Positions 24,140 through 38,329 of a stretch of 46,098 nt of DNA are shown in pieces. Location: assembly GCF_000315625.1 (NCBI RefSeq), contig NW_005434421.1, positions 1-46,098 on the forward strand, in the 5' to 3' direction. The DNA comes from Guillardia theta CCMP2712. Lineage: Eukaryota > Protista > Cryptophyta. The translations under genes were made by a program, and so were the position numbers. A model generated the notes under the pieces. The model saw nothing but the letters and a program-made list of their open reading frames with translations, had not been told where the DNA came from and did no database searches. Positions within the stretch are counted from its first letter, which is position 1. Each line of letters begins with the position of its first letter.

Positions 24140-25884
24140 ATGGAAGCATCACCCGATGTGCACATCCCGCCGCATGGACTTGCTGCATCGGAAGCGCCGG
24201 CGCACGGAGAGGCCGACGGAGCGTTGCGATGCTCTGCTCCTTCCGCGCTGATCGAGGTAAGAGGAAGGGAGCTGCGCTGCCGGCGTGTGAGAAGCGTGTG
24301 AGCAGGCGGTGATAGAGGGGATCCACATCTCCTGGTGGGGGATGCTTGGGACACTCAGCAGGATCTACCTCGACGTGCTGTTCTTCGACTACCTCAACAT
24401 TACGTCTCCTTCCGGCGCTCTCTTTCTTGATTGGCCGGCCAACGTGATGGGAAGTTGGCTGGTGGGTCTGGTCATCGGGCTCTCGACGGAGATAGCAGAC
24501 GAAGTTCCTTTGATAGCCAACTTCGTTGAGTATGGGCCCCAGTTGCAGGTCGGGCTACAAACTGGGTTCTGTGGCTGCATCACGACGTACGCGTCTTGGA
24601 ACCACCAGATGGTCTCGATTCTCGTCCTTTCAGGCTCTCAATTCTGTGTGGGTCTTGCCGGGTTCGTGCTGGGCCTTCACTCCATCATGGCAAGCTACTC
24701 GATCGGGGTGCATAACGCCAGGCTCGTTGCTCTCTATGTCGGGGGAACTCGTCTGGCAGAAAAGCATCGAGAGATAGGGAGCAGCCGATCTTGGAGTCAG
24801 AATGCGAGTAGACCATCACCTCACCACGACCTTCCTGAGATCGCCAGCCTGTCTCAGAGCAGAAGAACGTGGACCATCATTGTCTCCTTCCTCCTTGTCC
24901 TAAGCCTTGCTGCAAGCATCACTGGATGGGCTGTTGAGAAAGAGGAGGGCAAAGGCTACTGGGCTGCTGTCACTCTTTCTCCTATTGGTGCCCTGGCACG
25001 ATGGCAACTTGGGAAGCTCTACAACAAGAGGATCCGATTCAGCGGGAACAATGCGCCCTTCTTTCCTCTTGGTAATTCCTTAATGACATCTATTCCCTGC
25101 TGATGCGATGAGAGCTCAATGACATGTATTCCCTGCTGATGCGATGAAAGCACAATGACATCTATTCCCTGCTGATGCGATGAAAGCACAATGACATCTA
25201 CCCCCTGCTGATGCGATGAAAGCACAATGACATCTACTCCCTTCCGATGCGATGAAAGCACAATGACATCTAAACAGGAACTTTCATTGCTAACATGATA
25301 GCCTCCCTCTTCAGGAGCCTCATCGCTGCCATTATTACTGTATCTCCTCCTTGCTATCTCCTCTCTCTCTTCCTTCCCTAAGATCTTACTCCTCGGTTCA
25401 CAGGACAGTCCTACGGAGCTCAACCCAGCCGTTCTGGCAGCATGCAGCGGGATCAACACAGGGTTGCTGGGAAGCCTGAGCACAGGTAGGAGGAGGAGGA
25501 GGAGGAGGAGGAGGAGGGATTGCAGAACTGATAGTTGCGAAGCGAGCACTTTTGCAGCTGAGATCTCCAAGCTTGTAGACTTCACCCCTACAGATCTTCG
25601 CAACCTCGGAAAGACTGGCTACTACGGCTACCTCTACGCCTCCGTCTCCATCGTTATCAGGTGACGTCTTGATTTACGCAGATGGCACCAACTTTTGCTG
25701 GGTTCGCTCAGTTTGAGATTTGTAACCTCTAGTTTCGATCCTCCTGTCCCACAGTCCCTACCCTCCTCACTTTCATTCTACACCTACACGTCCTTACCAA
25801 TCCTCTTTCTCCCTTCTCTGACGTCCTGCGTCTTTCCTCAGCCTAATCCTTGGGGTCGTCGTTTACGGCTGGAGCGTCTGGTGA
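24140..25884 (+). CDS. FEX: Fluoride export channel FEX (two CrcB/Fluc domains)
   Basis: Domain 1: GMLGTLSR..PANVMGS..LQTGFCGCITTYASW. Domain 2: PIGALARW..FPLGTFIAN..INTGLLGSLST.STFAAE. Ends LILGVVVYGWSVW*. Confidence 0.9.
25082..25272. repeat. 36-bp minisatellite (~5.3 copies) in a FEX intron
   Basis: Unit AATGACATCTATTCCCTGCTGATGCGATGAAAGCAC. Confidence 0.95.
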
Positions 25885-26039
25885 AGAGCAACCGAAGTTG
25901 CAGCACGACGGCAGCAGAGGATCGGGAGAGAAGATGGAGAGAATGAGAGGAGAGGAGGAAGAGGATGGGGAGGAAGGGACGTGTAGGGTATAAACATGTT
26001 ACAGGTAAAGGTAAATGTAAAGCAACCTCACATCGAATT

Positions 26040-26935
26040 TTCACACACAGCATGCCCCGTTACATCCTACCTGCCCGCAGAAGCCACAGGGAACTCCCTG
26101 TCCCAACATCAAAAAGAGCAATGGAATCTTCTCCTCACCTCCGTCGGATCCCCGTAGATGAGTTGATTACTCGGCCTGGCATCGGTCAGTCGCTCGACCC
26201 TCAGCAGGAGATCATACCCAGCTCCTCCCCGCCAGAGGTACCGGAACACGGCCAAGATGACGCAAAGCTCGATGATGAAGATCTCGAGCGCCCCCAAGTT
26301 CTGCTGGGGGTGAGAGGCGGTAGGAGGGAAAGGCATGCAACTCACCAGCGCAGAGCAAAGCAAGCACACGACGAAGCTGATGGCTGCAGAGGTGGGGACG
26401 GCATAGACCGACGGTCCTTTCAGCCCTGTCGCAAGCTGGGGGTGGTATCAGAGAGGTGCATGGAGGTCATCTGATCAGTACCAGAGCTTCCTTCTTCTCA
26501 GGGTCTGTGCTTCCCATCAACGCTACATGCGCTCCCAGCATGCTCCACAAGAATGCAGCAAGAAGCACATCCGCGCACCTTGAGAGGGCCTTCAGATCGC
26601 TATGCACAGAACCCACGGACTGAACCGGAATAGGACGTTGAGAATGGCATTCTGCCCCATCATATACCTTCCCCATGACACGAGAACAAACAAGCAGAGA
26701 TCAAGAGTGAGGACCTATTGGCAGTCATGAAGGAAAAAGCCACAACACCTCTCACTCACCCTCCTGTCAAGGAGAAGAGAAGATAGCTGTACAAGTAGCT
26801 GCCTGTCAGTCGTCGTTACCACTCCTTCCTCTCCCTCTTCATCTCCCTCTCCCTCCTCCTTTCCTCCATCTGTTCGCACCTCATTCTGCTGCATTCTGCA
26901 TCCTGAACTCTTGGCTAACCTGTCTCCTGTCAATG
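26040..26935 (-). CDS. Hypothetical multi-pass membrane protein (multi-exon, boundaries approximate)
   Basis: Hydrophobic exon segments VLLAAFLWSMLGAHVALMG, AISFVVCLLCSAL and LEIFIIELCVILAVFRYLW with GTGAG donors. No family recognised. Confidence 0.45.
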
Positions 26936-26944
26936 CACTCAGGC

Positions 26945-27260
26945 TTGGACTCTTCCGATCCGATACCGTGTGGCCCGGCCCCTGGACGGGCCCGGCCCGC
27001 CCCGGCGCCGGGTCAGATCAACGCTGAGGCTCGGATCCCCTGAGGCTGGGCCGCGGCCCTCAGGAGTCCGCCGGGACGGTCCGAGTCACGGTCCAGTGTC
27101 AGTGCATCCCAGCGGAGTCCCGCCTGTGATCATTGCAGTGCACGGTGACCCGGCGACGGTGGGCCGGCGGCGCCGGCGGGGCGGCCCAGGCTAACTTGAC
27201 TGAGTTGCTGGAACCGTTGAACCGTGAACACTGACAGTGCCACGATCGTGAACACCATGG
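26945..27260. repeat. GC/CpG-rich island (CCGGGCCC/GAGTC family)
   Basis: Abrupt GC-rich block with short palindromes between ordinary genes. Confidence 0.55.
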
Positions 27261-27399
27261 CTGCCTCGGAGTGGAAGGCAAGCCTCAAAGAATCAAATGG
27301 AACATTGACCACAAGGTCGATCACTGTGGCTTTCGGAGGCTTGTCCGAGGAAAACTTAATTTGATTTATTCGATTTTCTTCATCGGAGGGCCTTAGTTG

Positions 27400-28138
27400 T
27401 CAGATACCGATGAAATCTCGCTCTCTTTCCATCAATTCTATTTGCGGCGGATTCATTACTGGCAGTTGCAGTCCAGAAAAGAGCACATGAATTAAATCAA
27501 AATTTTCAACAAATGCTGAAAGCGTTTCGGAAGTTCCCCAGTCCGAACGCCGGTCTTTGTTAGCATACTCGATGACGTTGCCGCGGGGAATGAAAATGAC
27601 CTTGAGTCACTTGAAATCAAGGTCTCTCCCTACAACAGGGGCCATGCTCAGTTCTCAGGCAGCCTCACTGTCAACCCTCCCCTCCGTCGCCCTCTTGACT
27701 CGCTCCTGTTCATTGTCCTGGCACCTCTCCCACTTCTCCTGCGGGCTCTATAAGCAGGCAAACTCGCTCCCCGCAGTAGTCGACTGTCGCCTCGCCATCC
27801 TCGTCCTTCTCTACGCCCATGTCGTCCATGCACCTCACGCACATGAGTGATGTCGGCATTTGCGGGTGTACACGGGTCAACGGGCACCATGCATTTCGCA
27901 CAAGTTCCTTTTCCGCGATAGCTGCAGCCGCGATCGGACAAGAAGATATCGAAGAACAATTCCCTTGCCAGGCTCTTCTGGTCGATGGCAAAACTACCGT
28001 GCTCCTCGGATGAAAGCCTCCTGCGTTTGAGCCATTTGGCATCGACTTGGCTGTTGACTTCACTTCCTTGCTTCGCCGCGGTGGGCTCCCGCTCTTGTCC
28101 GGCCCATGCTCTTGGGCCTCCTTGTTGTTCGCCATCAT
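27400..28138 (-). CDS. Hypothetical protein (multi-exon, boundaries approximate)
   Basis: ATG-initiated ORF 27710-28138 and downstream exon-like segments. No recognisable motif. Confidence 0.35.
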
Positions 28139-28887
28139 GATGCCGTATGGCAGATGGCGGGAAACTGCTAGGAGGTCGAAGCAGTCGGATGAAATTTTAA
28201 ATAAAATGAATTATACAGAATTCTATTTGAAAAGAACGTAAATATTTTGGAGAGATAATTTCAGAATATTTTGAACTTTGCTGGTTTGGCCTAGTTTCAT
28301 GGAATCCCAGGAGAATTTCAAAACTTGTAGGATCCGAATGCAAACAGTTTTCAAACTTGTTTTTGGAACCGTGAGATGTCCGAGTTCCTATGCTGTGTGC
28401 GGCATCAGGAGAAGAACGATGAAAGAGGAGGAGGAGGAGGAGGAGGGAGGGGAGAGATAGAAAGGATGGAGGAGGAGGTCAGTTGAAAAGAAATAAGGGG
28501 AGATATAGGAAGGATAGATGCCACACCAAGGTGAGGGAGGGGAAGGGGGGAACACATACAGAGTCAACTGCTTGTTGGCCAGGCACACAAGACACATTTC
28601 TCACCTATCATAAAGATGATTGGAACGATTGAGAACGTGAAGAAATGAGTAAAACCAAAGTAGAGAGCAATGACGCTAGGGAAAGGAACGCCACAGCAAA
28701 GCAACAAGCAAAGCAGGACAGCACAGCCATACGTGTGTGAAGCAGCTTGAGGTAAAGGAGACGGTAGAGAGCAGGGGAGGAGAAGAACTACGAGTGTGAA
28801 TCACAATCGAAGGATCGGAGTCATCTCCCTAATCACAGCCCGTTGCCAGCCTCTCAAGCGCAGGTAACAGTGTTGATAGCCGAAGAC

Positions 28888-31800
28888 ATGTCGGTGGATG
28901 TGAGTTTGGAACGGCTGCCCACCATCTCCAGGACAGCCTCGGAGAGGTGCGACGAGGTCGCGACTTGTGCATTCCTCACTAGTGCAGCAGCCGTGACCTA
29001 CTGGACCCGGATGGCAGCAGAATCATCAGGTTTCATTGCAGGTTTGAAGCTCAGAGCGAGGTAGGGGTGATGAAGTGCAGAAAGATGATGATGATGGTGA
29101 TCAAGGTGAAGGAGATCAGCATGAGCAAGTTCACACACTTTAAACGGTCATCCTGCCCCCTCCTCCTGTCTTCTTGAGGTTGTGACATGTCGAAAGATTC
29201 TTGGAGTCCGTCCAAAACGAGTTTGCCACCGAAGCATGTGACATCAGCTTCCTCGTCTCGTCTGATTCTGAATGCTCCGTAGTTGGATTTTCATATTTCT
29301 CAACAGAAAAAAAGCAAGAAATCCATGGTCAGCACTGCCCGATGCCGCTTTCATTGCTCACTCGTTGTCTCAGTGGTAGACAATCCAGGGTTTGCTGAAT
29401 GCAAGAATGAGTTTGTTCGAAGCTTCCAACAAGGGGATGGGGAAAGTAAGTCTGCCGAACGTGTTGAGCAAACGATGATAGTTGGATACAACAGATGTTG
29501 AGTCAATGGACATAACTTTGAAAGCTCAAACACGTATCGACAGGTTGAAAGCGTGCGTGTGCTTGACGGTTTATTGCAAGGATATTGATACGAATTATCA
29601 GATCAAAGAAACCGGAGCAGTTCAGGATCGAGAGGGAGCAGCAGCAGATCAAAAGGATGGATGAGATCGGCGCCATGTTCAAGGCAGTGACAAAAGAATG
29701 TAACAGGACGGAATTTTTGAACATGAGCCAGAGGCTTGACTCGTAACTCCAGCATCTCCTTTCAGCTCGAACCCTCACGACTGGAGACAGAACTATCCCC
29801 TCCTGGTGCTCCTTTCTGTGCTGGTCTGAAAAGTGACACGTCATCATGCTAGGCTGCAGCTGAGGCCGGGGACCTGGAGGCGATCAATCGATGTCTTGAC
29901 AACATCAAAGATCGCGTTGCCCGCGCCAACCAGTCTGATATCCTAGGGAGGTTGACTTGTCCTGCCCTCCCCTGTCTGCCATCCTACTGCCCTTCCTTCC
30001 CGCTTCCTCTTTCCGCCCTGCTCACGTCCTGCCTCACATCGCATGATGACAAGAGACATCCTTCTCCGTGCTCTTCTTTCTCTATCCTTCTTCCTCATCA
30101 CGCTCCCTCCTCTTCCTCCACGTCCCTCCCAGCTGCCATCATCTTACTTCTGCTCATCCCCTTGCACAGGACCGCTCTCTACTACGCGGCCGGCAGAGGA
30201 AGGGTCTCAGCATGCGAACTGCTGCTAGGCATGAAGGCAGCAGCCGACGTCTCCGATCACTCCGGCTTTGTACTATAACCTTCCCAGCTCTAGCCCAGCT
30301 GGAATATGACAAGTGCTGCAGACTCCTGTCCACAAGGCAGCGCTCAACGGTCATTCCGCCATCGTCCGCCTCCTTGCCAACGCTGCAGCAAATCTGGATG
30401 CCAAGACCCACGACATGCTCTCCACGCCGCTGATGCTCGCTGCCAGGTCCTCCTCCACCATCTCCTCCTCCCCGTCCCCTCTTCTTGTTTGCTCACGGCT
30501 GTGGTCAGTGCCTGTCAGATCGAGTGCGTTGCTGCCCTGCTGCGGCACGGGGCAGACGTGTCAGCAGTGGACCGAGAAGAACGGACGGTGTTGGAGTACA
30601 TCCCGGAGGGAGAGAGTGAGGATCTTGTCAGTGATGCCTGCTGGACTCATAGCTGGCAGATTCTGCCAATCTAAAACGACTTCTGATCACAAGCTCTCGA
30701 AGATCGCATCAGCTGGGTGCCGATGACAAGGTACCTCCCTTCCTGTAACCGTCCTCCCTCCTCCCTCCTCCCTCCTCCCTCCTCCCTCCTCTCCTTCCCG
30801 CCTTCCTGTTGTGCTCCTTTGCGCTCTTCATCCCGTCTGAGGGAGACTGTTGAAGGCAAGGGAAGGGAGCGGACTATGCTCGAGAGCTGAAGACTCCAAG
30901 ACCAAGATCCTCCACAAGCTCCGGAAGATCCTGTCTGAGGTGAGTGAAAGGAGCTTGGAGACGAATGAGGAGCGAGGGAGCGAGAGAGGTGAAGGGGAAG
31001 AAGGAGGGAGGGAGGGAGGAGGGAGGGGAAAGGGAGGGAGAGAGGAGGGAGAGAGGAGGGAGGGAGGGAGGAATGTGGGGGAGGAGGGATTGGGGGGATC
31101 ACTTGGTGGTTCCATGGCAGTTGAATCAGCTCAGGTGAATCACATGGACATGGAGGCGGTCATGGGAAGCGCGTTCGAATCGCAGATTGAGAGGCACCTA
31201 GAAGACATCGACAGAGGTCTTGATCTCGTCGGTAAACGTGTCTTGACACCAAGTTCATGTTGCGTTCCTTACTCCCTTGCCTCTCATTGCAGACAATTCC
31301 ATAGCATACATTCGGAACGTAAGTGCCAAGAATAGATGGAATAAGATGTGAAGGTGATAAAGCAAAGGTCGAGATAAGAGTGTCGTCGATATCCTTCATC
31401 AAGTAAGGCTTGTCTATCCTCGTGTCCACATGTCCAGCTGTCCGGCTGATGAAGTACCTTCAACGCCACGTCTTCCTCCCCTCCCCTCCTCCCCCCCTCT
31501 CGTCAAACTCGTCAAAATACTTGAACAAGGGAATGAAATGTACCATCGTAAGGAGGGGTAGGGGGTGGTAAATTTGTACCATGGTTTACTCTTGACGGAG
31601 GGTGACCAAGACAGCGGGTGGTAGAGTGCTGAAGAAAATGACGGAAGGGAAACGTGAGAATGGCGGGAAAGAGAGAGAAATGTGAGCTAGAGCAGGGAGC
31701 GATGCAATGAGTAGACGAGGTTGAGGACAACAGCAACGTAGAGAGCTGTGAACGCATCTCTCCTTTGCTCGCCCTTTAAGCACTCATCAAATATGTGCAG

Positions 31801-32421
31801 GAGCTTCACAATCCTCGTCGAGCAAACGGCATCAAGAGGATATGGAGGACGTGACCCATCCCTGTCGCGCCTCTCACTTGTATGTGAACAAGACGACCGC
31901 GAGTCCGTGTTTGTCTCCGCTCATGCATTGTCGGGTTTGGTTGCGCGAGCATGGAAGATCGAAGCGAGAGATTCGAGTGATCAGCAGCATGCAGCCTTTC
32001 CAACGCCAAGACTATGTGAAGGGAGAGGAGAGGAGCGGAGCTAGCAAAGCGGTTCAAGAACAGACCGAGGACTCCTCCCTCATCCAGTCCTTGTACGACA
32101 CGATATCAAAGTGAGTTAGAGCAAGATGGACCAGAGGAAACGAGCTAATTGAATGACCAGGCTGAACATACAGCAAACTCCTGTGACCAGACAAGATGAG
32201 GAGGCGGAGGCGGAGGAGTGGAAGGAATCTAACGAGGTGATTGCTCCCTGTGATGTGATCCCTTTGACTTGTCCTCGTCGCAGCGAAACTTCTCCATGCC
32301 AAGCTCTCAGGGATTTGGTTTTAGCCGAATCGTCTTGATGCATGAGAGGAAAGAGGTTTTCACAGATCAAGGTTTCAGAATTCTGGATCTGCATGAAGAA
32401 GTTCCTGCAATCATCTTGTGA
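28888..32421 (+). CDS. Ankyrin-repeat protein (multi-exon; ends uncertain)
   Basis: Ankyrin repeats at 29850-30630: AAEAGDLEAI, GRTALYYAAGRG, QTPVHKAALNGHSAIVRLL, STPLMLAA..ECVAALLRHGADVSAVD. Flanking exons are unassigned. Confidence 0.7.
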
Positions 32422-32499
32422 TGATGCTGACGACGACGACGGCGACCACGACGACGACGACGTTGTTGATACTCATGTGTCACATATTTGTTTGCATTC

Positions 32500-34832
32500 C
32501 GACATTCACAAATTTCCCAATCTTCTATTTTCCTGGAGCTTGTATCGAGATAACACAAAAATGTACAAAAAAGTCCAAAACAATCCGAAGAAATCCATCT
32601 CGTCGTCACACTTGTCACCATCCCCCTCGCTGTCCCTTCCCTGTTCTTCCTCTCCGCTCCGTCATGTCCGCCTCCTCCTCATTACGCGACAGCAGCAGGC
32701 GAGTGGAAGGACAACGAAGCCAAGGAGGACCAGCGCAATGACGTCAGACTGAACCGCTCGAGAGCCTTCGATGGAAATCTGAAGGAAAGTGAGACAATGA
32801 GAGGATGCAGCAGGCAGCAGAGGAGGAAGACATGATACGTAACTAGACGAGGGTGGAGGAGGCTGAACGTTGAGGAAGACAAGAACAAAGCAAAGCAGGC
32901 AGAGGAGCAGGATGGAGCCAAGCTGAGGCCAGACAACTAGAGGAGAGAGAGGATAGGAGGAATAAACAAATCATGAGGAGGAGGAGGAGTAGGAGTAGGA
33001 TGAGGAGGAGGAGGAGGAGGAGGAGGAGGAGGAGGAGGAGTAGGAGTAGGAGGAGGAGGAGGAGTAGGAGGAGGAGGAGGAGGGAGGAGGGAGGAGACTA
33101 CCTGGGAGGGATTGGATGGATTGAACCAGCATGTGACATTGCCGCCAACCTCTGAGAGCTGATCCGACGCACAAAGAGGAGAAGCGAGGTTGCTCTGAGG
33201 AAGTGAGTGAGCGTAGAGGACACCTTGGAAGGAGGGGGGATGGAGGAGGAGGAAGAAATTGAAGCAGGTAGGGGGAGGAGGACCGAGGGAAGAAGTGAGA
33301 GGAGGATATTTGACCTTCTGGAAGCAGCGAATTCCTACGTTTCTACATGTGTCTGACAAAAGCGGCTGAAAGGAAAGATAAGCTAAGAACCTTGCAGAGG
33401 ACAATAAGACACAAGGGAGGTGGACAATAGGCGAGGAGAGGAGAGGAGAGGAGAGGAGAGGAGGAGGAGAGAGGAGAGGAGAGGAGAGGAGAGGAGAGGA
33501 GGAGGAGAGAGGAGAGGAGAGGAGAGGAGAGGAGAGGAGAGGAGAGGAGAGGAGAGGAGAGGAGAGGAGAGGAGAGGAGAGGAGAGGAGAGGAGAGGAGA
33601 GGAGAGGAGAGGAGAGAAGAAGGGTGTGAGAAGAGACATTATGACGATTGTTCATACATCACTAGCAGTTTCTTGGCTCTGAAACAGTTGACAATTGACG
33701 TCGAAGCTGTAAATTTGTGAGGATGGAGAAGCGGAAGAGAGTGGGTCGACGGGAACACGTGAAGAATACGTAGGACGGAGGGAGGACGCAGAGACTGCGA
33801 CTAGGACGGGAAGAAGGACGAAGAGACTGCGACTAGGACGGGAAGGAGGACGACGAGGAGGTAAAAAGACCTTATCGTAGAAAGCTTGGCAAAAGATGAG
33901 TCAGTGCCAGGAGGCGAGAGCGTGTAGCGAATATCATAGATCTCTGCGCACATATCAATACCTTTTCCTCCCCTCCGCTTCATCCTCTTCCTCCTCCTCG
34001 CACCTTCACATTGAGGGCTGTCGCTCCATGTGCCGGGCTGCGTCCTCAGGGCTGTCGAGACAGCGGAACCAGGAGGATGAGGAAGAGGAGGAGAGCGAAC
34101 GCCGTGACTTGGTGAGATGAATCTGCCGAAAACTGAGAGAAGCACGAGAAGGGAGGAGGACGAAGAAGCAGGAGGGAAAGATAAAAAGTGACCGAGGTAA
34201 GAGGCCATAGAGAGGGCAGGGGCAGGAGGCAGGAGGCAGGAGGCAGAAGGCAGGAGGCAGGAGGCAGGAGGCAGGAGGCAGGAGGCAGGAAGATAAGGAA
34301 GAAGGAGAAGCGAGGCGTTCATACAACTGTTCTTTACCTGCAGTTGTTCGTCAAAATGTAGCCTGAGTCCAAAAGACTTTGAGCCGGACAAGCACAACCT
34401 GAAGGCGTGAGGGTTCAGTGTCAGAGAGCTTTCAACTCTTCTCATCAACCTGTTGTCCTCCTCCTCTATCATGACCCTTCTATCTCGCTCCCTCACTCGT
34501 CCTCACTCCCCTCGCCTCGTCCTCTCCTAGCCTCTTCTCGCTCTCAACGTCTGAATCTTCATTCATGCTCCAGATTCCTAGTGCCTTCTTCATTACCTTC
34601 TGCACACCTGACGGAGCATGTTTGATGGAGGACATTGCAATCTCCAACTTTCCATGTGTCTCTAACCTGAGATTATCATCGTCATCGTCATCGTCATCGT
34701 CGTCGTCGTCGTCGTCATCAACATCATCATCATCATCATCATCAACAACAACAACAACAACAACAACAACAGCAGCAACAGTAGCTGCATCGTGATCATC
34801 ATCTTGATGACGACGACGACGACCATCATCGT

Positions 34833-34887
<55 letters not shown>

Positions 34888-36156
34888 AAGAGCAGCAGCA
34901 GCAATCTTCTTTGTCTCAGTCATTCTTATAATTCTCATCTACCTGGTTACGGTTGACGATGTCGATGATTGGTATGATCATCCATGTCAAGAAACCAGCG
35001 GCAATCGCAAGCACTTTACAAATAAATCAGCGCTCTCATAGTAAGTCACGATGGTAATAGTCAACTTCAACACATCCATACTCTCCCCACCTGATCCTCC
35101 TCCTCATCCTCCCCCTGCTCTTTCATCACCTCCACCAATACCATTATCTCCCCTCTTCTTCTCCTCCTCCTCCTCGTCATCATCATCATCATCATCGATG
35201 CCATCGTCAGACTTGACTTACGGAAAACCAAAATCAAAATTCTCTTGAAGAAGCTGTAAACAGAACCCATTAGATTTTTCACTTGCCAGCACATCTGCAG
35301 TCACTAGTTGCACCTTTTCATGTCTGTTTCACAAATTAGAGCTCGCCACCAATCTAATGCTGGGGAGATGTCAATGAAAACAACAGTGAGAAAAGTTTCT
35401 CGAACATGTTAAGTCTTGATAATCCCTGCGGCCCACAAATGTCATCACCAACGTCGAAACCTTTGACCAATACTCACCCCTCGCTAGTCGAAAATCTTGT
35501 GAAATCAGTGGAGAAGTCTCGAACAAGCTGAAGAGTACAGTCAATATCATCATGTGGAATTCAATGCCCTCAGACCTCAGCGCTATTACGAAGACCTTGT
35601 GCAATGGTTGACAACCCATTCATCACTATCTCTCTCGCACTTCTGTCTGTGGAGCATCGGAAATATCAGTTCTCCTCCTCTTCTTCCTCCTCACTTACCT
35701 CGGTTGGAAGCAAACAACTCGGATTCCTTCACGACTTGAGCTAGCGAGATCTTCACCAAACAATCAGATGCAAACCAGCACACCAGTAGCAGCAGCAAGC
35801 AGGTGGAAAACAAACACATTGGAGACGAGCAATAGTCACCGGGACATCTCCGAAGATCGCAATCGGAAACGAGGTCGAAGACACTCTTTGCTCGTAAACC
35901 TGCCTGGTGAGTGAGGAAAAGCGAGGATGCAAGGATCATTCACCTTGGCCCACTGCAGCATATCAGAGAACTCACTGTCGTTGGTGACAACTCCGATCTC
36001 TCGATCCCATCGCTCGTCATCTTTGGACGAGTACTTCTCTTTCATAATGTCGGAGATTCTCTTTTGCCTCTCGGCAGGAGTGATGGAAGTATCCTGCATG
36101 AGGGCTGCAAGCCTCATCATCACACTTCCTTGTCCTCGTCCGCGTGCCTCCTTCAC
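32500..36156 (-). CDS. One or two hypothetical multi-exon genes; weak resemblance of the 5' part to LSMT/SETD3-type SET proteins
   Basis: Many exon-like segments between microsatellite introns. FSDMLQWAK and IIPIIDIVN loosely recall SET motifs, but the NH motif is not intact. A TM-like segment lies near 32700. Confidence 0.35.
33432..33616. repeat. (GAGGA)n pentanucleotide microsatellite
   Basis: ~185 bp near-perfect run. Confidence 0.95.
34675..34900. repeat. Compound microsatellite (TCG/TCA/CAA/GGAGCA)
   Basis: Successive tri- and hexanucleotide runs. Confidence 0.9.
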
Positions 36157-36299
36157 CTGCTACTCTAGACTGCTTTGAAGACGAGCAGAGGATCGGATCG
36201 CGGTGATAAACGATGATCAGTCCTCGGTCTGGTGGTACAGGAGATCAAGTGCAGTCAGCGCACAACAAAGGAAACAACAGTCAAGATACATATCATTCA

Positions 36300-38050
36300 T
36301 GGCATCCCATATGGCAAGACACAAATGTTATTCATCAATGCACGATCTAGACATCGAAATTTTCTCCATAACACGATTCAAATCCTGTAGCACGTACACA
36401 CGTATTGACCGCTGTGCAACAGTAATGAATGCTTACCAGTGGGAAAGTAAGTGAAACGCAGCATGAAAGAATCTATGTGCAGACGGGACCCTCGACTCCC
36501 TCCTCTTGTCAACCTGCATGCACACAATTTCAGGGACAGCATTTCCTCTCTCTCTATCCACCCTCACCACACGTTCAGCACATCTCCTCTTTGCGCCTTC
36601 TGAACGATTCCCGAGAAGCAGTCAAACGCTTTCCTCCTCTCAGTCGATCTGGAGATCACTTTCACGACTTGCAGGTCCGGCATCACTCGTTCACCTATGT
36701 TGGCACAAACCAAACACATCGTCTTCTTCCTCCTTCACCACCCCATGCTTGTCTGTCAGTGTGACCCGGCAACGGCCCTTGAGAAGACCCCATCCTTGAT
36801 CCTTCCACTTCATGTTCATCTGATCTCATTCAGATTACATCTCGCATCATCATCGTTGTGATTTGCAACACACCTCCATGCATGCAAGCCTTCCTCTGAC
36901 CACATACTTCCCGTAACAGTCGGGGTCCAATCCTGCACATGCCTCAGCCATTCACTGCTTTCTCTCTTGCTGCTCGAACCTCTTCCTTCCCATCCGCAGA
37001 ACGTATCGGAGAGAACAAGTTTGCCTCTGTGAGAGGTTCCCAGCTTCGTGAAGGTATCTACATCCCCAATCGATGCGTTGGGGTTTGCTCGAGAACTATC
37101 CACGTGTCAAACAAAATCAACATTACCAACTGCGTACAGCATTTGGTTGAAGGCTTCCGTTACCGACTTGAGGGTTGTTCCCTTTACGATTTGTCAGTGA
37201 GATTGCACGGAAGGAAGGGGAAGCGGGAGGGAGGGACGCGAAAGGAGAGGAGGAGGGCAGGATAGACGAGTATGAAGGCACATGGCAAGACCTGCGACAC
37301 TTCCAAAACTTGCAGAGGCGTGTTCGAGCATCCGAGGAAAGGCCGCAAAACGATCTTGCGTTCCTCTTCCTGTGAAATCATGAGCAGACAACAGCAGCAA
37401 TACGTTGCAGGAGCACATGCGATGTGTCTTCCACCCCGAACGGTTCTGTCGGGCACACAGAGTCAGCACCGAGAGGAGCTGGAGTCAAGCTGGAGAACCG
37501 AAGGAGTAGTAAGGTGGTGGAGGGTCTTCCTCGTCTGGTACGCAGCATGTTGAGTGTCGGTGACTGCAGAAGGGAAGGAGACCATCATGACCCCTGCTCA
37601 TCATCGCGTTCCCGTCGATGCTCATAGATTCCACCTCCAGCGACGCCGGTGCCTTGGAGAACGTCAGGTTCACCTTCATGAGGTCGGAGGAGAAGTCGAA
37701 TGTACGATCGCCATGGCATCTCACCAGATCTGCTGGAGGACATTCTCCAAGCTCCACGCTCGTCTCGCGCTCACGGTCGCTCATGGTCTTGCAAGCTGGG
37801 TCCAATCGTCAATCAGAGCACGCGCATGTGTACTTTCACCATATGGCGCTGCTGTAGAAGGTTGTACAGGAGCCGCTTTTATGTAAACCTCAAGGACTTG
37901 GTGCAGAACAGATGTCAATTCTTCACATTGAGGTGCAAGATTCCATTATTTTGCCAGCACAGAACAATCTTTGTCATAACTATCTCAACCTGGGCTATCA
38001 GACAACAAGCACAGCACAACAGCTGAGCATACGCGCAAAGGACATCATTC
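36300..38050 (-). CDS. Hypothetical multi-exon protein (boundaries approximate)
   Basis: Coding-like minus-strand segments (ORF 37485-37805, TQDRFAAFPRML, WTPTVTGSMWSEEG) separated by short introns. No family assigned. Confidence 0.4.
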
Positions 38051-38329
38051 TTGCATCGAGTAGATCAATTTCATATGAATGTCATCTTCAGAACCGAGAG
38101 ATTGGTTCAAGCGGCGAATTTTACAGAAATTCATTTCTTTTCCCCAAGTCCTCCACATAAATTCATCCCACTACCCAATCATGACAAAGTATCCTTGGAT
38201 CCTCAACCGGCCATAAGATGTGCATGTCCCTATCAGCTTTCACGTTCCACATCTCTCGCCTCCTCTCTCCTCTCCCCCTCGCTTCTCCTGCTTTCGATTC
38301 ATTTGCTACTCGGAATCGCTCATTCTAGC

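Noticed and set aside
25082-25272. 36-bp repeats as CRISPR or a repeat protein (ORF 25019-25603)
   Set aside because: No spacers. The repeat lies in a FEX intron and the ORF is antisense.
28861-28900. Receiver domain (VLIAED)
   Set aside because: Downstream receiver motifs are absent.
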